From positions 1 to 64,000 of the forward strand of contig JAQGDQ010000528.1 of assembly GCA_030141605.1 (NCBI GenBank): DNA of 64,000 bases, read 5' to 3'. The notes beneath the pieces are model-generated. The model was not told the origin of the DNA and did no database searches. It saw only the letters and a list, made by a program, of their open reading frames with translations. Source of the DNA: Tubiluchus corallicola. Lineage: Eukaryota > Animalia > Priapulida. The translations under genes and the position numbers were made by a program. Below are positions 57,964-64,000 of this stretch, piece after piece. Position 1 is the stretch's first letter; every line of letters starts with the position of its first letter.

Positions 57964-58064
57964 CTAACATCGTACACAGTAGCATCTGTCGTCACAGTCG
58001 CAAAAACCAGTTTTGTATCCCTTTATCTCTCGGCATTGCTCATGACAATCACATGTGTCGATCT
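57964..58064 (-). CDS. Drosomycin-like CSab defensin, coding exon 3 (KIDTCDCHEQCREIKGYKTGFCDCDDRCYCVRC*)
   Basis: Acceptor tttatgtag|, phase 1 matches the upstream exon. CxxxC ... GxC ... CxC CSab signature, TAG stop at 57966-57964, AATAAA at 57703-57698. Confidence 0.85.
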
Positions 58065-58513
58065 CTACATAAACGTGGAAATTCATTAGACAACTTACTG
58101 AGCAAAATGTAAACAAACCCTAAAACCTCAGTAAACACAAACATGAATTTATTTCGCAGGAAGCATCTTAAAAATATACATTGTGCGTGTGCTACGTTTC
58201 ATGTATGTGGCTACCCATTTTTGGGTAGTTAATCCTGAATAAAGTTATTACGTATTAATAAATCGAACAATTTAAAACGCAAGAGTCACCGATCATAAAC
58301 CCTGAGATAGAAATGCCCCAATTCTAAGTGTGAAATTGTAGTGTAAGCCATAGCTAAGATCAGAGAACAACAGATAAGCAGTGCTCGCTTTTGCTCTCTA
58401 CATTCAGTGAGCCAAATCATACAATACACTGTGTAAAGGAAAGAATGCTATTTTCCTAATTACGTGACCGTCTCTTATATGTTATTTACTGTACTTATAC
58501 AGTACTTCTCAAC

Positions 58514-58802
<289 letters not shown>

Positions 58803-59301
58803 AGAGGGTAAATTTATATCACTCAGAAATTGTTAAAAGTAGGCTCTAAATACTTGATCTGAATGTGCCCTAAATATGTCGTTATTTGTGGTGAATTGGA
58901 ATGATTTGAAATACGTGTTACCCATTTATTCGTGTCAAGTAAAATATGCGCGTGTCCCCACAGTTTAATGTTAGCTAATCAGATAAAATTTAAAACACAA
59001 GAAAACTCTCTTCATAAATAAAGCCTAAAAATTCGTCTTGAAATTTTATATCACTCACATGCTGTCAGTAGCACACATGCATTCGTACTACAAGTTTTAT
59101 CATTCTCTAAGGAAAAGTATTAAGTACTCTATATTTAAGAACTTTCATTTCCACTTACACAAGTCTTTCAAACACTTTAGTGTAATACTGAAAAAATAAC
59201 TTTGCATGGAAGGGTTTTTTGGGATATGCTTCAAAATGTTCTTTATTTCTCTTTAACCCTTTCATTTTAAGGCATTTATGAAGTAAAAAAATCATACTTA
59301 C

Positions 59302-59394
59302 TGGAACAAGGTCCAAAGTACTCCGTGCTTACAAGATTCGGAGAATCAGGAGGATGAGGATCACCAGGAGGATCTTCAGGACGCCACGTAGGTT
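59302..59394 (-). CDS. Drosomycin-like CSab defensin, coding exon 2 (KPTWRPEDPPGDPHPPDSPNLVSTEYFGPCS)
   Basis: 93-nt phase 1-1 exon. The acceptor taag| is the first AG after a ctaat branch-like motif and T-rich tract. Donor CCA|gtaagt is consensus. Encodes the S-x-x-Y-x-G-P-C motif. Confidence 0.75.
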
Positions 59395-60125
59395 CTTATT
59401 TCATTTTCATCAATTGTAGATAAATTGACGGCGAATCAATAAAAAATATCAATAATTAGCTGGTTGGTTAGGCAGAACGTTATTATTCTGTGTATGCAGA
59501 GCCTTCTTATAAATAAAAAACATTTATTTTATTAAGACAAATTTCTATTCAACGATACCTGTAGGTCCAAAATAATGTCAGACGTATGTAAAATACTAGA
59601 CAAAATTTCATTGCATATTAATAATATGCATTGCTAGCATAAGAGATATTGTCTTTAGAGCTATGTCAAGATAATTACTCCTAAAATGAAAACACTCTTT
59701 CCCCCTTTCTTTCTCTCTATTATCCTTTCTCCTCTTTCTCTTTCTTCACTTCCTGTCTTTCCCTCTTTTTTTCTCTCGCATATATTATGTAGTTGAATTA
59801 AGGGTGGACGGCTGTGTAAAACTCTAGTGATTTTTAATTTTCCCGCAAGTTAAGATTAATTTTGTTAATTGAGATCATTTTAGTAACGAAGACCATTACC
59901 TATTATAAAAAATACAATACAATATGTGATAAGCCCCAGACTATAAGGATTCTAAAGACTAATTTAAAAGAAAACGAAGTTATTGCGAATTACATGCCTT
60001 ATCATGAAAATTATGATTAACTCAAAATTCGAGGAACTACCAAGGAAATATTAAATTACAGCAATGACTTGCAAAAACAATTATAACAAATAATCATAGC
60101 ATGATAACTATATTTATTAGATTAC

Positions 60126-60186
60126 TTGGTGCTTCGATTCCAACGACGATGACAATTATAGCAAGTGCGGTGATAACTTTGTTCAT
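60126..60186 (-). CDS. Drosomycin-like CSab defensin, coding exon 1 (signal peptide MNKVITALAIIVIVVGIEAP)
   Basis: Acceptor ttttttttgtgcag| at 60210, ATG at 60186, basic-then-hydrophobic signal peptide ending IEA, phase-1 donor CAA|gtaatc at 60125. Confidence 0.8.
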
Positions 60187-60461
60187 CGTGATGCCAAAAT
60201 GTTTGTAACCTGCACAAAAAAAATTTCATTGAGTATAGAACTGAATAAAAAACAATTACTGCATACACGTATTAATGGCGTATAGCTAGCTTATATAGAG
60301 TCGTAGACGTTCCATGTAACAGTAGTCGAAATTTTGGAACACTTCTCACCCGCCACTCGAGACTATTCTGTAAGTTTTCGATGCTTCTGAATGTCCCACC
60401 CACTCATAGCTACCCACTTCTAGGCCAACATTATTGCGCATTCCTTCTAAAAATTGCTCTT

Positions 60462-60670
60462 TGCCAGTCTGCCAAGAATTCGTCGAGTGCCAAGGTGCTA
60501 AGAACGCCAAGTGGCCAAGACCGCTGAGCTGCCAAGAATGCCAAGTTGGCAAAAACGTCAAGTTACCAAGAAAGCCAAGCTTAAAAGATTGTCATGCTGT
60601 CAGTAATGCCAAGTTGTTAAGAAAACAAAGTTGCCAAAGAAGCCAAGCAGCCAAGGAAGCCAAGTTTCCA
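60462..60670. repeat. Degenerate GCCAAG-motif repeat (~9/18-bp period) in first intron of the defensin gene
   Basis: GCCAAG/GTCAAG recurs more than a dozen times; probably subterminal repeats of a decayed DNA element. Confidence 0.7.
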
Positions 60671-60889
60671 CAATCATAAGCGAAAAATTGCCATTTCAAT
60701 TACAAACCGTTTGTACGTTTAGGAAACAGCGTGTACTATTAATAATACTGAGGTGGCACGTAATGTGAGTTTGTAAAGTAAGTTAACGCTAAACTCGAAC
60801 TAAGCTAAGCTAAATTAAGAACTAGCTATGGATGTACTGCTTAGTACAACATCAGAAGGGCCTGTGAAAATACTTTAACGTAAACTTAC

Positions 60890-61004
60890 TTGTACGGAAA
60901 TGAACGAGCTTTCAATCCAAATTCGATTAGGTACAGAACTCTGCATACGTTCTAATCTAAAATTGAATGGCTACAGAATTTAATGGCTCTAAGCCTTATA
61001 TAAA
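60890..61004 (-). promoter_or_regulatory. TATA box and non-coding first exon of the defensin-like gene
   Basis: TATATAAG at 61002-60995, Inr-like CCATTCAATT about 30-35 nt downstream, strong donor CAA|gtaagt at 60889. Confidence 0.6.
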
Positions 61005-61895
61005 TGCTGCTGAATAAAAAAACGCAAAACCTGAATATGTGATCAATTGTGCTACGCCCATACAAATCATGGAATATTAATCATTGGCAACCCTGGATTA
61101 CTAGGCTCCAGATTGTCCAGGCAATCATGTAAGAGGCGATTATAGCTGCCACCTTCAAAATTAAAATCGAATAAATTATCCTACAGGTAGTGCTCCTCTT
61201 CCAGCCAGGTTTGCATTTAAATTTTATTGCTTTCCCTGTTGTTCTTCAACATCAGTAGAGGACAGGGATACGTTTAAGGGCACAAAGATAATCGGATATT
61301 GAGTTTGCCCATAATGCTAAACAAACACTCAACACTTTTTTAATTTATTTTTAGACACAGTGTGTTGCTTAACAGTCATAATTTCAAATCAATTATAAAG
61401 CAGGTTACACATAATAAAGTATGAATTCAGAACGACTATGCTGTGTTTTTCTACGCTACATGTACCTAATAGAATTTATAGGTTAGCTAACTCCGTGGTT
61501 ATGAAAATTGTTATATTGGAACTTGAACTTACAGCCTACAATTATTATCACGAGAGAAACGTAAAGCTGATTACCTCTTGACATAGCACTAATTAAAAAC
61601 TCGCTTGCGCCAATGCTTTTAAGCACAAAATGGTGAAGTTATCGCTAAGCACTGTCTAGCGTCTATAGAGGCAAAAGCAGCAAAAAAAAACAATCGGTCC
61701 CAGCTTTTAAATCGCCAGTGAAGGGCATACTCATCCAGGCATATTCAGATGAAACGTTCAGCGATGACAATGTGTTTTTCGCCGCTTAGCCGATTTATTC
61801 ATTGACTGTGTGAGAGACAAATTCATAAAAAAGCTTGCAACAACTTACAACGAACGATTATAATAAAATACCATGGCAGATTGTGACTAGCCTAC

Positions 61896-61970
61896 CTGCC
61901 ATTTTGACCTTCGTCCTGAACTGTTCTAACAAAACAATAATAGCAAGTACTGTGATGGCAGAATGCTCAT
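61896..61970 (-). pseudogene. Possible frameshifted paralogue of the defensin signal-peptide exon
   Basis: ATCACAGTACTTGCTATTATTGTT (ITVLAIIV) vs ATCACCGCACTTGCTATAATTGTC (ITALAIIV), 20/24 nt identical. ATG is in a similar tcac-ATGA context but out of frame. Phase-1 donor CAG|gtaggc. Confidence 0.35.
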
Positions 61971-63239
61971 GTGAGACCCGGGTGAAGAAGATTTAATAAT
62001 CTTAGAATCTTACCTACTATTTAAATAGTACATTGTTAATTAAATAAACTATTATAAATTATTTATATTTTATTTATTTATTTTATCCTATATTTCAGCG
62101 CGCAGATGTAGTCTCAAACCATAAAATCGCAATTATGTACTAAAAAGCTAATTATAAAAACCTGAACTTACAATTTACAAAAATTAAGAAAAGAAACTCG
62201 TTGAAATACTTACTCAAGTTACATAGATTAAAAGTAGGTTAAATTTCTATTCTATTGGCTAAAATTTTGAAGCATAAAAACATCACTACTGTAAATTGCA
62301 TGTTTTAAGAAACCATTAGAAGATTTTAAAACACGACACGACTTTTAAAATTATATGTACATTTAGGCAAAATAACTTTAAAATGAGTAATATCATTTTC
62401 GACATTATATGAGTACTATTGATACTCCTGGAATTCGATCAAGCTAAACACTCTTTAATAACTAAACACTGAACACCAACCTAAATAATAAAATTCTTTA
62501 ATGCAATTTTTAAAATGAAATAATTTAAATCGTAAGAAATGCTTTTTTAATTCGAGGCAGTTAAGATGAACATTTAATAACAACGTCTTTGCTGCAGGCC
62601 TGCATTAAAATCATTCCATTAAAAATCAGTAAGCGTTTTACAAAAACACATAGCACATTAAAAATCTATTTTAGACACGTATGTTGATAAGCAAGTTACA
62701 CGTTATTGCCATCAAGGACAACTGCAAGGACACCACTAGCAGTCTAAGGTCAAACACAATCTACTCTTCAAAATATTGAAAGAGAAAACACAATTTTTTC
62801 AAAAATGAGTAACGTGAAAGAATTATTACCACACAAACACAATTTCACGTTCGCGCCACCAATTCTTCGCTGTTACATGAATTTCGCTGATTGCTAGTTA
62901 GACTGGCACTAGCGCCTGTATTTCGGGAACGGAATACACAAAAACAGGTGCTGTACCTCTCAGTTGAGATGTGTTCATGCTCATGCGGTAAATTTTAAAT
63001 TTGAATTTTTATATTAAGACATGCCTAGTTTTAGTACAACACACTGAATATCTTACAGTAGTACTGTACTTCAATTTTTGCTTTCGCAAACACGTGCTGA
63101 ATATTTTTGCTGTTGAAAATTATGTTAGTTTGTGATGTCATCAATAGTTGGGCTCGCCTGCCGTTAATTAAGTTTTTATTAATCTGTTATTTAATTACCA
63201 GAAACGCTTTTGCAGTCTTGATCGTGTTTAAATGCATAC

Positions 63240-63640
63240 TTTTTATGTGACTTGAAAATGGGGTTGTATGTGAAGAATTGTCCTGTGTTCCTTTATGCAG
63301 AAGTGGCTACCAGTTAATCCAGCAAAAGTGAGAACAAGTGGATATAGAAATAGTTTTATACCGTCAACTGCAGTTCTGTTCAATAGAAAGCTTTTACATT
63401 AATTGATTAATCTTAATTATGAAATGTTTTTGTGTGGAGAACGTATGGTATGTACATTTCAATTTTTATTACAAATTTGCAATTATATATGATTGTACAT
63501 TGTATATGTAATTTTGAAATGTGTGCATTATGTAAATATGCACGTACATATATTGTGTATGTGGTGATTTTTCAAATTAATTTTATTGTAACACTGAAGT
63601 GTATTTTTATGCTTTAAACTTTAATAAATAAATATTAAGT
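63240..63640 (+). mobile_element. LINE 3' end remnant
   Basis: KVRTSGYRNSFIPSTAVLFN resembles the RTxRYxNSFxPxAxxLxN ORF2 terminus; T-rich UTR and AATAAA at ~63626. Confidence 0.5.
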
Positions 63641-64000
63641 CTACCTTTTTATACTCGTTTTAACTCACATTTCAAGCTGGTACCAACTGTCAGTAATGTG
63701 GATTTTTGTGGGCTAATCTTTAAATATGAAATTCTGCACCACTAGTGGTGCTCTAGCAACGTGAATAGATCTTCCCAAGTTTACAAAGTAAACAGTCGGA
63801 ATCGGCAAGTCGAATAAAATCCATTATTAATTAAGTAAATTAATATAAATTATTTATATTTATTTATTTTAATCTTTATTTCAGCTCGTACTACTGAGCC
63901 TTTCGTATCTACTGTTGTAGCACAAATTATTTAATAATGGACGCCTTGCATCGTCAAGAAATAATTTCTGTGATTGTAAATGAACTACAGCAGTTTTTCA

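Noticed and set aside
59330-59410. Alternative hydrophobic frame (LKILLVILILLILRIL) as a separate signal peptide with its own TATA at ~59510
   Set aside because: No in-frame ATG, and it stops before the strong donor. The Pro-rich frame is the one that joins both neighbouring exons in phase.
60434-60679. Lys/Cys-rich 81-aa ORF resembling an antimicrobial peptide
   Set aside because: Non-ATG start, no signal peptide, derived from GCCAAG repeats antisense within the defensin intron.
61005-61400. NF-kB sites upstream of the defensin TATA box
   Set aside because: Only partial GGGAAAG-type matches; no canonical GGGRNNYYCC seen.

Overview
AT-rich, intron-containing animal (invertebrate-type) genomic DNA, dense in micro- and minisatellites and decayed transposons. 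Almost every ORF in the supplied track is a translation of repeats. Three spliced protein-coding genes can be reconstructed by hand. (1) A 2-exon Golgi carbohydrate sulfotransferase of the CHST type (minus, 48962-42803, ~388 aa). (2) A 2-exon LRR+LRRCT cell-surface protein with a hydrophobic C-terminal tail (plus, 52473-54151, ~318 aa), whose repeats resemble the glycoprotein-hormone-receptor ectodomain but which has no 7TM. (3) A 4-exon secreted drosomycin/cremycin-like CSab defensin gene, invisible to the ORF track (minus, CDS 60186-57964, 84 aa), with a Pro/Asp-rich N-terminal extension and 9 cysteines; a possible decayed paralogue lies upstream. The first ~38 kb look like the 5' intronic region of a large minus-strand gene (promoter-like island at ~37.9 kb, several candidate small exons) that cannot be named here. 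Mobile DNA includes a TSD-verified hAT MITE, a TSD-verified non-LTR retroposon tail, a foldback-like element, and LINE and SINE remnants. All gene models are manual and unvalidated, and the host species cannot be determined from the window.
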